Shown piece after piece: positions 15,554-24,255 of a DNA stretch of 34,487 nucleotides. The stretch is from the NCBI GenBank assembly GCA_039028315.1, contig JBCCIH010000002.1, positions 1-34,487 of the forward strand. The letters are read 5' to 3'. The position numbers were made by a program, and so were the translations under genes. The stretch comes from Thermodesulfobacteriota bacterium (GTDB lineage: Bacteria > Desulfobacterota_D > UBA1144 > Nemesobacterales > UBA2774). The notes beneath the pieces are model-generated. The model ran no database searches, had not been told where the DNA came from, and saw only the letters and a list, made by a program, of their open reading frames with translations. Position 1 is the first letter of the stretch. Each line of letters starts with the position of its first letter.

Positions 15554-16237
15554 ATGCCTGAGACAACATCTCTTTTTAATAAAATTGCAAAGCACTATGA
15601 CTCTCTAAACACTTTCTTTAGTTTTGGAATGGATAAGCTTTGGAGGAGAAAGCTGGTACATGAGATAGAGGGTTCAGATCTTGTTTTAGATATAGCTACG
15701 GGCACTGGAGAAGTTGCAATTGAAGCTATAAAAAAACTGCAAAGGGCTCAGGTAGTGGGAATTGATCCAAGCAGTGAAATGCTCAGAATGGCAAAACCCA
15801 AATGTGAAGTCCGGGAATATAAAAACAAGATTAAGTTAGTCCAAGGATATGCTGAGCAACTACCATTCACTAACGACACGTTTGATGCTATCACTATTGC
15901 ATTTGGAATAAGAAATACTGTGAATCCGCTAGAGTCGCTTACCGAGATGAACAGAGTTTTAAAGCCCGGAGGAAAGCTAGCTATACTAGAATTTACAATT
16001 CCTAAAAATGCCATATTTGCACCAATCTATTTATTTTATTTTAGAAAATTTCTGCCATTTATCGGATCATTTTTCGGAAGCCAAAAAGAGTACAAGTATC
16101 TCTCCGATTCAACATCAGAGTTTCCACAAAGGGGAAAATTTATTGAAATTATGAATAAAGCAGAATTTACCACTCATGAATCTATAGAGCTTATGATTGG
16201 AACTGTAATAATATACAGAGGAATTAAAAACCAATAA
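15554..16237 (+). CDS. ubiE: Demethylmenaquinone / ubiquinone C-methyltransferase (UbiE/MenG family)
   Basis: 227-aa ORF. FNKIAKHYDSLNTFFSFGMDKLWRRK, the SAM motif LDIATGTGEVA, and FGIRN are typical of UbiE/MenG. Confidence 0.9.
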   Translation: MPETTSLFNKIAKHYDSLNTFFSFGMDKLWRRKLVHEIEGSDLVLDIATGTGEVAIEAIKKLQRAQVVGIDPSSEMLRMAKPKCEVREYKNKIKLVQGYAEQLPFTNDTFDAITIAFGIRNTVNPLESLTEMNRVLKPGGKLAILEFTIPKNAIFAPIYLFYFRKFLPFIGSFFGSQKEYKYLSDSTSEFPQRGKFIEIMNKAEFTTHESIELMIGTVIIYRGIKNQ

Positions 16238-16247
16238 TTAACAAGTC

Positions 16248-16892
16248 TTAAGGAGCAAGTCGCTCAATTTTCCAACTGCCCTCATCTGCATGCGTGTAAA
16301 CAAGCCTATCATGAAGCCTATTATCTCTTCCCTGCCAAAACTCAATCGTCTCTGCAACTAATCTATATCCGTTCCAATAAGGGGGTCTGGGAACAGCTTG
16401 ATCTTTGTACTTGTCTTCAAACTCTTTAAATCTATCATCTAAGATCTCTCTGCCGGATATTACACTACTCTGCTCAGATGCCCATGCCCCGATCTGACTT
16501 CCTCTGGGCCTGCTTGCAAAATATTCGTTTGCTTCCTGAACGGAGACTATTTGGATACTACCCTCGATTCTTACCTGCCTTTCCAGCTTGCCCCACCAAA
16601 AACACATAGCAGCACAGGGGTTATTGCTGAGCTCATGACCTTTTTTACTACTAGAGTTTGTATAGAAAACAAAACCGTGCTCATCAAAATCTTTAAGAAG
16701 AACAACCCTGGCAGAAGGCTTTTCTTCATTAGTTGATGTAGCAAGAGTAAATGCATTTGGGTGTATAAGGTCAGCCGAAAGAGCTTCTTGATACCAATTG
16801 CGAAACTGTATTATCGGATTAGGATCTACATCCCTCTCATTAAGCTCATATAGACCAAATTGTTTATTAAGTGTATCTTCGGAGTTGCTCAT
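16248..16892 (-). CDS. pdxH: Pyridoxamine 5'-phosphate oxidase
   Basis: 214-aa ORF with PdxH motifs (ARVVLLK, FVFYTN..S.K, the RQVRIEG segment, IEFWQGRDNRLHDR). Confidence 0.93.
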   Translation of the reverse strand: MSNSEDTLNKQFGLYELNERDVDPNPIIQFRNWYQEALSADLIHPNAFTLATSTNEEKPSARVVLLKDFDEHGFVFYTNSSSKKGHELSNNPCAAMCFWWGKLERQVRIEGSIQIVSVQEANEYFASRPRGSQIGAWASEQSSVISGREILDDRFKEFEDKYKDQAVPRPPYWNGYRLVAETIEFWQGRDNRLHDRLVYTHADEGSWKIERLAP

Positions 16893-17797
16893 TGATTTGT
16901 TTTTAATATATCTGACAGTGCATCTTGCAAGGTAGTATATTTAAATTTGTAGCCTGAATCCAACAACTTTTGTGGAACCACTCTGGTGCTAGAAAGCATA
17001 GTCTCTTCGCCCATTTCTCCAAATAGCCCTCTAACAGCAAAGGCTGGCAGAGGCAATATCGTGGGTCGATTAAGGGCTCTGCCTAAAGCGGAGGTAAATT
17101 CATCATTAGTAACCGCAATTGGGGCAACGCCGTTAACTGGGCCTAAGACTTGTTCGTTTTTTATTAAAAAGTAGATAATTTCCACTAGGTCTTGTATTGC
17201 AATCCAGCTCCAGTACTGTCTGCCGTCTCCAATTTTCCCGCCCAAGCCTAGTTTAAATGGGGTCAGAATTTTTTCTAAGGCGCCGCCATCTATACCCAAA
17301 ACTAATCCAATTCGCAGATTGCAAACTCTGATTCCAGCTAGCTCTGCGCTCTTTGTAGCTTGCTCCCACTTAACCCCGACATCTGCCAAAAACCCATTAC
17401 CACTTGAGCTGTCTTCAGTTAATAATTCATCCCCTCGGCTACCATAGTATCCAATTGCTGAGGCCGCAACTAGCACTTTTGGTTTATTTTGAAGATTTGC
17501 CAGAGTCTCTGATAGTAGTGTTGTGCCATCTACCCTGCTGTTTTCAATTTTAGACTTTTTTCCCTCAGTCCATCTACCTGCTATGTTCTCACCCGCTAAA
17601 TGAACTACGGCATAAAGACCTTCTAGTGCCTCAGCATCCAATTCACCCTTGTCGGGATCCCAGTTTATAACATTTTCTTTAGAGGACTTTGCTGATCTTG
17701 TGAGAATCTTTATCTCATACCCATTTGCGACCAATAGCTGTGTCAAATGAGTTCCAATAAAGCCAGCTGCTCCTGATATTAGTACAGTCTTGGACAT
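16889..17797 (-). CDS. TIGR01777-family NAD-dependent epimerase/dehydratase (SDR with C-terminal DUF1731)
   Basis: Rossmann motif ISGAAGFIGTHL at the N-terminus, with length and C-terminal pattern like YfcH-type proteins. Its stop overlaps the pdxH start (ATGA). The start is taken at the ATG at 17797 (MSKTVLISG..). The ORF-track GTG at 17818 is the alternative. Confidence 0.85.
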   Translation of the reverse strand: MSKTVLISGAAGFIGTHLTQLLVANGYEIKILTRSAKSSKENVINWDPDKGELDAEALEGLYAVVHLAGENIAGRWTEGKKSKIENSRVDGTTLLSETLANLQNKPKVLVAASAIGYYGSRGDELLTEDSSSGNGFLADVGVKWEQATKSAELAGIRVCNLRIGLVLGIDGGALEKILTPFKLGLGGKIGDGRQYWSWIAIQDLVEIIYFLIKNEQVLGPVNGVAPIAVTNDEFTSALGRALNRPTILPLPAFAVRGLFGEMGEETMLSSTRVVPQKLLDSGYKFKYTTLQDALSDILKTNQ

Positions 17798-17848
17798 AAT
17801 ATGTAATAAGAATAGCACAGAGAATAATTTAGGGAAAATGAAATGGGG

Positions 17849-18865
17849 TTAACTAGAAGAGAATGTCTCTAAAATTGCGTTTTGGTAGTTCTTTACTTCT
17901 TCAAAATCAAGGTAATAATGTGGGGCACTAAGTATAGGAAGATCAATAAACTCCCTGTATTCTTCAACCCTTCTGCGGCATTCAGAGGCCGTTCCTACAA
18001 TCGCAAAGGTGTTTACCATATCATCAGTAACGGAGCTTATCATCCTATTTATGTCTTTTTTAAAGAAAGCATCCCTTACTTTTTCAGTCTCTTTTGTAAA
18101 GCCGTGTAGTTTAAAAGGCGGTTCATATGTTCTAACAGTAGCGTAAAAAGCTATAGTAGCCCTGGCTGCTTCGAGTGCTTGTGGTCTATTCTCAGATATG
18201 GCACAAGTGATGATGGAGCAGGCATTAAAATCCTCCCGGGATTTGCCAGAGTGTTTTAGCCCCGCTGCAATATTTTTACTAACAACCTCTTTCATATACC
18301 TCAGCGAGCAAACCACGTGGCCCAGATAGCCATCTGCAACTTCCGCAGATGCTCTTACCATATTACTTCCCACTCCTGCTAAATAGATAGGAATGGTCTC
18401 TCTGGCCGGCGCAAAGGCCCTGTGATAGCCCTTGTTTGAAATTTTGTAGTACTCACCCTCATAAGTTATAGGATCCCCTGTGTGAGCTTCTGAGCTAAAT
18501 AGTCTAATAAGATCTATGCACTCTTTGATCTTGGCGACAGGCTTTCCGTGGCTAACGCCATGCCACATCTCATTTGTTCTTTTTGCCCCAGTCCCAAGTC
18601 CTAGGATCAGCCTTCCGTTAGATATTTCGTCCAGATCTAGAGCTGTTAATGAAGTTATTAGAGGGCTTCTCACAAAAGCGAGTGCCACAGCTGTACCAAG
18701 CTTGATGTGTGTAGTAGCTGATGCTACCGCAGATAGCTGTCCGAAGCTGGTTCTGTAGAGTTCTGTTGCCCATACAGAGTCAAAATTGGCATCTTCAGCT
18801 TTCTTTGCTAATAACACCAGATCTGAAATATTATCGCTATCTAGAATTAATCCAACTGGTTTCAC
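17849..18865 (-). CDS. Luciferase-like monooxygenase (LLM) class flavin/F420-dependent oxidoreductase
   Basis: 338-aa ORF with an LLM TIM-barrel pattern (FDSVWATE, LGTAV, GRLILGLGTG). It has a GTG start. Cofactor and substrate cannot be determined from sequence. Confidence 0.8.
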   Translation of the reverse strand: MKPVGLILDSDNISDLVLLAKKAEDANFDSVWATELYRTSFGQLSAVASATTHIKLGTAVALAFVRSPLITSLTALDLDEISNGRLILGLGTGAKRTNEMWHGVSHGKPVAKIKECIDLIRLFSSEAHTGDPITYEGEYYKISNKGYHRAFAPARETIPIYLAGVGSNMVRASAEVADGYLGHVVCSLRYMKEVVSKNIAAGLKHSGKSREDFNACSIITCAISENRPQALEAARATIAFYATVRTYEPPFKLHGFTKETEKVRDAFFKKDINRMISSVTDDMVNTFAIVGTASECRRRVEEYREFIDLPILSAPHYYLDFEEVKNYQNAILETFSSS

Positions 18866-18900
18866 TTACCTGTTCCTTCTTTAAAGTCTAATTTGTCTTT

Positions 18901-18928
18901 AAAAAACAAAGGCGGCCCAAGGGCCGCC
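18901..18928 (-). terminator. Rho-independent terminator ending the alpha (rpoA-rplQ) operon
   Basis: Minus strand reads GGCGGCCC-TT-GGGCCGCC followed by TTTGTTTTTT, about 70 nt after the rplQ stop. Confidence 0.8.
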
Positions 18929-18996
18929 CGTTGATAAGCAAGTTCAATCTACAGATATAGTTAAAATCCTTCCGGTTCGATAGTTGTTATAAAAAT

Positions 18997-19902
18997 TTAC
19001 TTTTCTTCTTTCTCTTTTTCTTCTTCGCTCTGTGTATCTTCCTGAGCTTCTTGTGAAGACTCTTCTGTATCAGCCTTAGCCTCTATTTCTTCTTCAGCCT
19101 TTGCTTCAACTTCTGGCTCCTGAGCTGGTGCTTCTTCTTTAGCCACAGGCTCTTCTACTTCTTGGGCCTCTTCTTGGGCTGCTTCTGCTGCTGGTTCTTC
19201 AGGTTTTTCCTCTGCCGGAGCTTCTTGTGCCGCCGCCTCAGGTGCTTGCGCCTCTTCTTCGGCCGGTGCTTCTTGCTTTGCTTCCGCAGCTGTTTCTTCT
19301 ACTGGAGCTTCTTTTACTTCAGCCTCAGGAGTTTCCTCAACCTTTGCCTCAGGCTCTTGGGTTACTTCTTCTACAGCCTCAGCTGCTACTACAGCCTCTG
19401 CAGCCTTTTTCTCTTCATCTATTAACCCTAGTTCTTCAGCAGATTCTTTTTTAGAACTCTTTGCTTTAGCTGAATCATCTTTTGCTTTAGGAGTCGTTTT
19501 CTTTTTAGGTGCAGCTTTAGCTTTCTTTTTCTTTTTAGGTTTATACTCTTCTTCAACTAGCTCAATTAATGATATAGGAGTGTTATCTCCTTTTCTGAAA
19601 CCAAGTTTAGTGATTCTTGTATAACCGCCGGGACGGTCTTTGAATCTTTGGGCAAGCTCATCAAATAGTTTCTGCAGAACTTCTTTATCTTTTACATAGG
19701 CAGCCGCTTGTCTTCTTTTATGAAGCGTACCCTCTTTTGCAAGAGTAATAATCTTCTCCGCAGCTCTTCTGATTTCTTTAGCTCTTGTGTCAGTAGTTCT
19801 TAAGCTATCGTTACGAAACAAATCGGTAACCATATTGCGAAGCATTGATTTTCTATGCTTTGTAGTTACTCCAAGTTTTCTTCCTACTCTTTTATGTCTC
19901 AT
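18997..19902 (-). CDS. rplQ: 50S ribosomal protein L17 (bL17) with a long K-rich then E/A/P-rich C-terminal extension
   Basis: Residues 1-118 are a normal L17 ([26 protein letters not shown]). Residues 119-301 are low complexity ([15 protein letters not shown].. then EAPAEE/PEAEVKE-type repeats). It is the last gene after rpoA. Confidence 0.92.
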   Translation of the reverse strand: MRHKRVGRKLGVTTKHRKSMLRNMVTDLFRNDSLRTTDTRAKEIRRAAEKIITLAKEGTLHKRRQAAAYVKDKEVLQKLFDELAQRFKDRPGGYTRITKLGFRKGDNTPISLIELVEEEYKPKKKKKAKAAPKKKTTPKAKDDSAKAKSSKKESAEELGLIDEEKKAAEAVVAAEAVEEVTQEPEAKVEETPEAEVKEAPVEETAAEAKQEAPAEEEAQAPEAAAQEAPAEEKPEEPAAEAAQEEAQEVEEPVAKEEAPAQEPEVEAKAEEEIEAKADTEESSQEAQEDTQSEEEKEKEEK

Positions 19903-19932
19903 CGTTTAATCTCCAATCTGTCCGTAAAATAA

Positions 19933-20979
19933 TTATTGAGAAGCCAATCTCTCGCTACGTTTTTCTTTCTCAGCATCAAAGACTTCAGAGTTAATGGCAA
20001 GTCCTAAACCAAGACCCATCTCCTCAAGTCTTTCCCTAATTTCAAAAAGTGACCTCTTACCAAAATTCTCAAGGTTAAGAAGATCATCTTCTGTTCTCTG
20101 GATCAAATCCCCTGCATACTCAATTCCCGCTTTTCTAAGACAGTTAAGAGATCTAGCAGAAAGATCCATCTCTTCAATTGTATTAAATAATATTTCTTCA
20201 GTTCCTTTAATCTCTTGTTTTTCTTCACTCTCAGGGACTTCATCAATCTCTGATTCATCAAAGTTTATAAATATTGTAAGCTGATTTTTTACAATCTTAG
20301 CCGCATACGCAACTGCGTCTTCAGGCAAAATTGTGCCGTTCGTCCATACTTCCAGTGTAAGTCTCTGAAAGTCAGTACGTCTACCTACCCTAGAGTTGGT
20401 AACTGTGTAATTTACTTTTCTTACAGGAGAGAATAGAGCGTCTATTGGAATAAGACCTATCGTTGTCTGAAGCTCACCTCTTTTTTCTACAGCTTCATAG
20501 CCTCTACCCATCTCAACAGTCATTTCCATCTCTAGCTTTGCTCCCTCTGCTAAAGTGGCGATATGGTGATCAGTATTTAGAATTTCTACATTCTGATTTA
20601 GTATTATATCACCTGCTGTAATATTACATTCTCCGCTTGCACTTACTGTAATAATCTGAGACTCGTAGGAATGCATCTTAAGCTCAATTCCTTTTAAGTT
20701 TAAAATTATTTCTGTAACATCCTCTTTTATGCCTGGCATAGATGAGAATTCATGCAGTACACCATCAATTTTAATGGAGGTTATAGCAGGTCCTTGAATA
20801 GAGGAAAGCAGCACTCTTCTAAGGGCGTTGCCAAGTGTTACACCGTAGCCCCTCTCTAGAGGCTCACAAATAAATTTTGAGTAAAATGGAGTAGCACTCT
20901 TCTCTTCTTTTTCTATCCTTTTAGGTTTTATAAGATCTTGCCAATTCTTTTGAAAGTCCTTCACCTTATCCTCCTCCAT
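19933..20979 (-). CDS. rpoA: DNA-directed RNA polymerase subunit alpha
   Basis: RpoA N-terminal domain (GYGVTLGNALRRVLLSS) and C-terminal domain (DLSARSLNCLKRAGI-like: LSARSLNCLRKAGIEYAGDL). The start is uncertain. ATG at 20979 is used here. GTG at 20964 is preceded by GGAGGAGG and also fits. The ORF-track start at 21054 would overlap rpsD by 26 nt. Confidence 0.95.
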   Translation of the reverse strand: MEEDKVKDFQKNWQDLIKPKRIEKEEKSATPFYSKFICEPLERGYGVTLGNALRRVLLSSIQGPAITSIKIDGVLHEFSSMPGIKEDVTEIILNLKGIELKMHSYESQIITVSASGECNITAGDIILNQNVEILNTDHHIATLAEGAKLEMEMTVEMGRGYEAVEKRGELQTTIGLIPIDALFSPVRKVNYTVTNSRVGRRTDFQRLTLEVWTNGTILPEDAVAYAAKIVKNQLTIFINFDESEIDEVPESEEKQEIKGTEEILFNTIEEMDLSARSLNCLRKAGIEYAGDLIQRTEDDLLNLENFGKRSLFEIRERLEEMGLGLGLAINSEVFDAEKEKRSERLASQ

Positions 20980-21028
20980 TGTGTCAATCTGGCCATAGTT
21001 TGCTCTTACCTTTTTTAAAAACTTTTTA

Positions 21029-21661
21029 TTATACTCTTGAATAGAACTCAACAATCAACTGTTCATCAATTGGGAATGTTACGTCATCTCTTTCCGGTAG
21101 TTTTGTTACAGTTCCAACATATTTCTCTTCATCTAGACTCAGCCATTCAGGGATACCTCTTCTGGATCTAAACTCAAGAGCTTCATGTATTCTCTGAAGT
21201 TTTTTGCTCTTTTCTCTAATTTCGATTGTATCTCCTTCTTGTACCATATAAGAAGGAACATTAAGTACTTCTCCGTTAACTAGTATATGTTTGTGGCTTA
21301 CTAACTGTCTTGCATCGTTTCTGGAGCTTCCCAAACATAGACGAAATACAACATTATCGAGCCTTCTTTCGAGTAGAGAAAGAAGAATAAAACCAGTTAC
21401 ACCTTTAATATGAGAGGCTTTTTGGAAATACTTTTTAAATTGCTTTTCTCTAAGACCGTACATTCTTTTAACTTTCTGCTTTTCTCTAAGCCTTACTCCA
21501 AACTCTGAGAACTTGCTTCTGAATTTACCATGCTCTCCAGGAACCTGGTCCGGCCTTTTTTCAATTGCGGTCTTACCGTTATAGCTTCTCTCACCCTTTA
21601 GAAAAAGGTTAACTCCCTCTCTTCTGGATATTCTATCTGTTGGCCCAGTGTATCTGCCCAT
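21029..21661 (-). CDS. rpsD: 30S ribosomal protein S4 (uS4)
   Basis: 210-aa ORF beginning MGRYTGP, with an S4 RNA-binding domain (LERRLDNVVFR). Canonical position between rpsK and rpoA. Confidence 0.97.
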   Translation of the reverse strand: MGRYTGPTDRISRREGVNLFLKGERSYNGKTAIEKRPDQVPGEHGKFRSKFSEFGVRLREKQKVKRMYGLREKQFKKYFQKASHIKGVTGFILLSLLERRLDNVVFRLCLGSSRNDARQLVSHKHILVNGEVLNVPSYMVQEGDTIEIREKSKKLQRIHEALEFRSRRGIPEWLSLDEEKYVGTVTKLPERDDVTFPIDEQLIVEFYSRV

Positions 21662-21719
21662 GCTTTAAAAAACCTCCTTGAGATCTGCGGTAAACAGTCT
21701 CATCTCAATCAAAGTAATG

Positions 21720-22106
21720 TTAAACTCTCCTTCTTCCCGGCGGCCTGCAGCCATTATGCGGAATAGGAGTCACGTCTCTAATAAATGTAATTTTTAGCCC
21801 TGATGCCTGTATTGACCTAATTGCAGGCTCTCTACCGGGGCCAGGCCCTTTAACGAAAACTTGTACGCTCTTCATGCCGAAAGTAGCAGCTTTTTTAGCA
21901 GCGTCTTCAGCAGCGATCTGAGCTGCAAACGGCGTTCCCTTACGAGTACCTTTAAACCCTTTCATTCCGCCGCTTGACCAAGAGATTACATTTCCGCCGG
22001 TATCACTGATAGTAATAATAGTGTTATTAAATGTGGCTTGAATGTTAATCACGCCTTGCTCTACAAATTTTTTAGTTTTCTTCTTACTACTTTTCTTTGT
22101 AGCCAT
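21720..22106 (-). CDS. rpsK: 30S ribosomal protein S11 (uS11)
   Basis: 128-aa ORF with the conserved motifs [14 protein letters not shown] and [18 protein letters not shown]. Confidence 0.97.
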   Translation of the reverse strand: MATKKSSKKKTKKFVEQGVINIQATFNNTIITISDTGGNVISWSSGGMKGFKGTRKGTPFAAQIAAEDAAKKAATFGMKSVQVFVKGPGPGREPAIRSIQASGLKITFIRDVTPIPHNGCRPPGRRRV

Positions 22107-22124
22107 TAATTATCTCCAAAAATA

Positions 22125-22505
22125 TTATTTACCGGCCTTTTTCTTCTTAGCAATTGCCGTTCCGCGCGGGCCTTTGCGGGTTCTGGCATTTGATTTTGTT
22201 TTCTGTCCTCTTGTAGGAAGCCCAGTTCTGTGCCTGATACCTCTATAGCATCCAATTTCAACTAAGCGTCTGATATTGGACTGAACCTCTTTTCTGAGCT
22301 CTCCCTCAACGGTGTATTTAGTCTCGAGAAGCTCTCTTATAGCTGCAACTTCCTGGTCTGAGAGGTCTTTTGATTTCTTATTTACATCAATATTGGTATC
22401 TTTTAATATTTCCTCTGATATAACTTTCCCCACTCCATAAATATATGTGAGTCCTATAACAATTCTTTTTTCAAGTGGTATATCAACACCTGCTATTCTA
22501 GGCAT
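22125..22505 (-). CDS. rpsM: 30S ribosomal protein S13 (uS13)
   Basis: 126-aa ORF beginning [10 protein letters not shown], with GLTYIYG and [17 protein letters not shown]. Confidence 0.97.
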   Translation of the reverse strand: MPRIAGVDIPLEKRIVIGLTYIYGVGKVISEEILKDTNIDVNKKSKDLSDQEVAAIRELLETKYTVEGELRKEVQSNIRRLVEIGCYRGIRHRTGLPTRGQKTKSNARTRKGPRGTAIAKKKKAGK

Positions 22506-22517
22506 ATTTCTCTCCTT

Positions 22518-22631
22518 CTACCCTTGCTTTTGTTTACATCTCTTATTTACGCAGATTACTCTAACTACCCCTTTACGCTTAATAATTCTGCATTTATCAC
22601 AAATTTTTTTCACTGATGCTCTTACTTTCAT
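22518..22631 (-). CDS. rpmJ: 50S ribosomal protein L36 (bL36); not in the supplied ORF track
   Basis: Hand translation of the minus strand gives [37 protein letters not shown] (37 aa). Canonical position between infA and rpsM. Confidence 0.93.
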   Translation of the reverse strand: MKVRASVKKICDKCRIIKRKGVVRVICVNKRCKQKQG

Positions 22632-22670
22632 TTTATTGACCTCGCATTACTTAGATCTACAAAACAATGC

Positions 22671-22898
22671 CTATTTCTTAAGCCTATAAGTAATTCTTCC
22701 CTTTGTTAAATCATAAGGTGAAAGCTCAAGCTTTACCTTATCTCCTGGGAGGATTCTTATAAACCGAGTTCTCATTTTACCAGACACATACGCTAATACT
22801 TCGTGTCCCTGTCCCCCGTCAACTTCTACTCTAAACATGGCGTTTGGAAGCGCCTCAATTACCGTGCCTTCAAATTCTATTCTTTCTTCTTTCGCCAT
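22671..22898 (-). CDS. infA: Translation initiation factor IF-1
   Basis: 75-aa S1-like OB-fold ORF with [25 protein letters not shown] and [12 protein letters not shown]. Confidence 0.97.
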   Translation of the reverse strand: MAKEERIEFEGTVIEALPNAMFRVEVDGGQGHEVLAYVSGKMRTRFIRILPGDKVKLELSPYDLTKGRITYRLKK

Positions 22899-22910
22899 AT
22901 CTCCCCTATA

Positions 22911-23669
22911 TTACTGAGTTAAAATTACAGGCCCGTTTTCTGTAACCGCCACTGTGTGCTCAAAATGAGCAGAAAGTGTACCGTCAACTGTAACCGCTGT
23001 CCATCCGTCGTCCAAAATTTTAATGTCAGGCTTTCCGACATTAACCATTGGCTCAATTGCGATTACCATGCCTGGTTTTAACTGAACTCCCTTGTTTCCA
23101 TTGCCATTTGGAGGAACAAAATTTGGCACCTGCGGATCCTCATGCAGACTCTTGCCAATCCCATGTCCTACAAATGACCTTACGATAGAAAACCCTTTGT
23201 CTTCTACATAAGACTGTATCGCTCCGGACACTTCATAAACCCCATTATCAGGTGAAGCTTCCTGGATACCTTTTAAAAGAGATTCTTTTGTTACTTCTAA
23301 TAGTTTCTGTGCGACTGGTGATATTTCGCCCACAGCAACTGTTATGGCAGAATCCCCATAAAATCCATCCAAGATCACGCCGAAATCAAGCCCAACTATG
23401 TCTCCTTCCTTTAAGATATTCTTTTTGGAAGGTATTCCGTGCACTACTTCGCTATTAATTGCAAAACATACAGAACCCGGATAGTCCGAGTAGCCTTTAA
23501 AAGCACATTTTGCATTTCTTTTTAATGCTACTTCTTCTGCAGCTTTATCCAAGTCCCAAGTTGAGACGCCCGGCTCAACCATTTCTTTCATTGTGTTGAG
23601 CGCTTCAACCACTATCTGCGCCGCAGAGCGCATCTTATTAATCTCTTCCTTACTCTTTAAATGAATCAT
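22911..23669 (-). CDS. map: Type I methionine aminopeptidase
   Basis: 252-aa ORF with MetAP metal-ligand context (VHGIP, DFG...GFYGD, GHGIG, IEPM, EHT). Confidence 0.96.
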   Translation of the reverse strand: MIHLKSKEEINKMRSAAQIVVEALNTMKEMVEPGVSTWDLDKAAEEVALKRNAKCAFKGYSDYPGSVCFAINSEVVHGIPSKKNILKEGDIVGLDFGVILDGFYGDSAITVAVGEISPVAQKLLEVTKESLLKGIQEASPDNGVYEVSGAIQSYVEDKGFSIVRSFVGHGIGKSLHEDPQVPNFVPPNGNGNKGVQLKPGMVIAIEPMVNVGKPDIKILDDGWTAVTVDGTLSAHFEHTVAVTENGPVILTQ

Positions 23670-24238
23670 TGTTCCACTTGATTAAGAACACTCTTAATCC
23701 TTCCAAACACATCATCAATGCTTCCCATTCCGTCAACTTCTGCCAGAACTCCCTGAGCTTTATAATAATCTTTTAAAGGCTCAGTCTGACTTCTGTATAC
23801 GCTTAAACGATTTTTTACAACATCTTCTGTATCGTCTTCTCTTCCTTCTATTTTTGCGCGCTCTAAAATTCTGTTTACGATCTCCCCGTCATTTACTTCA
23901 ATTGAAACAACACTGTCAATTGACTCGTTTTCAGCCTCTAGCATGCCGCTTAGCGCCTCTGCCTGAGCTATTGTACGAGGAAAACCGTCTAACATAAATC
24001 CTTTTCTTGCATCATCTTCTTTTATTCTATCTTTAATAATTCCAATTATTACATCATCAGGAACAAGCTCTCCCTTATCCATAAAAGATTTGGCAAGCGT
24101 TCCCAGTTCAGTACCGTTTTTAACTGCGGACCTTAGCATATCACCTGTTGAAATGTGCGCAGCAACAAAGCTCTCAGAAATCTTATTTGCCTGAGTTCCT
24201 TTTCCTGCTCCCGGTGGTCCGAATAATATTAATCTCAT
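23666..24238 (-). CDS. adk: Adenylate kinase (short-LID form)
   Basis: 190-aa ORF with P-loop GPPGAGKGTQ and the GFMLDGFPRT motif. The LID region is short and has no Cys4 zinc knuckle. Confidence 0.96.
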   Translation of the reverse strand: MRLILFGPPGAGKGTQANKISESFVAAHISTGDMLRSAVKNGTELGTLAKSFMDKGELVPDDVIIGIIKDRIKEDDARKGFMLDGFPRTIAQAEALSGMLEAENESIDSVVSIEVNDGEIVNRILERAKIEGREDDTEDVVKNRLSVYRSQTEPLKDYYKAQGVLAEVDGMGSIDDVFGRIKSVLNQVEQ

Positions 24239-24255
24239 AAACTCAATACACCTCG

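Noticed and set aside
19162-19454. Two overlapping plus-strand ORFs (87 and 75 aa, L/F/C/R-rich and L/P/Q-rich) and an apparent short-period DNA repeat that could be taken for a tandem repeat or CRISPR-like array.
   Set aside because: They are the antisense frames of the E/A/P-rich L17 tail. The periodicity comes from imperfect codon-level GAA/GCT/CCT repeats inside one continuous minus-strand ORF. It does not come from direct repeats separated by unique spacers.
20980-21054. 25-codon N-terminal extension of rpoA that overlaps rpsD by 26 nt. Similar ORF-track extensions occur for rplF (27572-27637), rplX (29060-29095), rpsC (31054-31074) and the FMN-binding gene (11370-11381).
   Set aside because: Homology-consistent N-termini with an SD lie at internal starts immediately after the upstream gene's stop. 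The extensions overlap the preceding conserved genes and add non-conserved residues.
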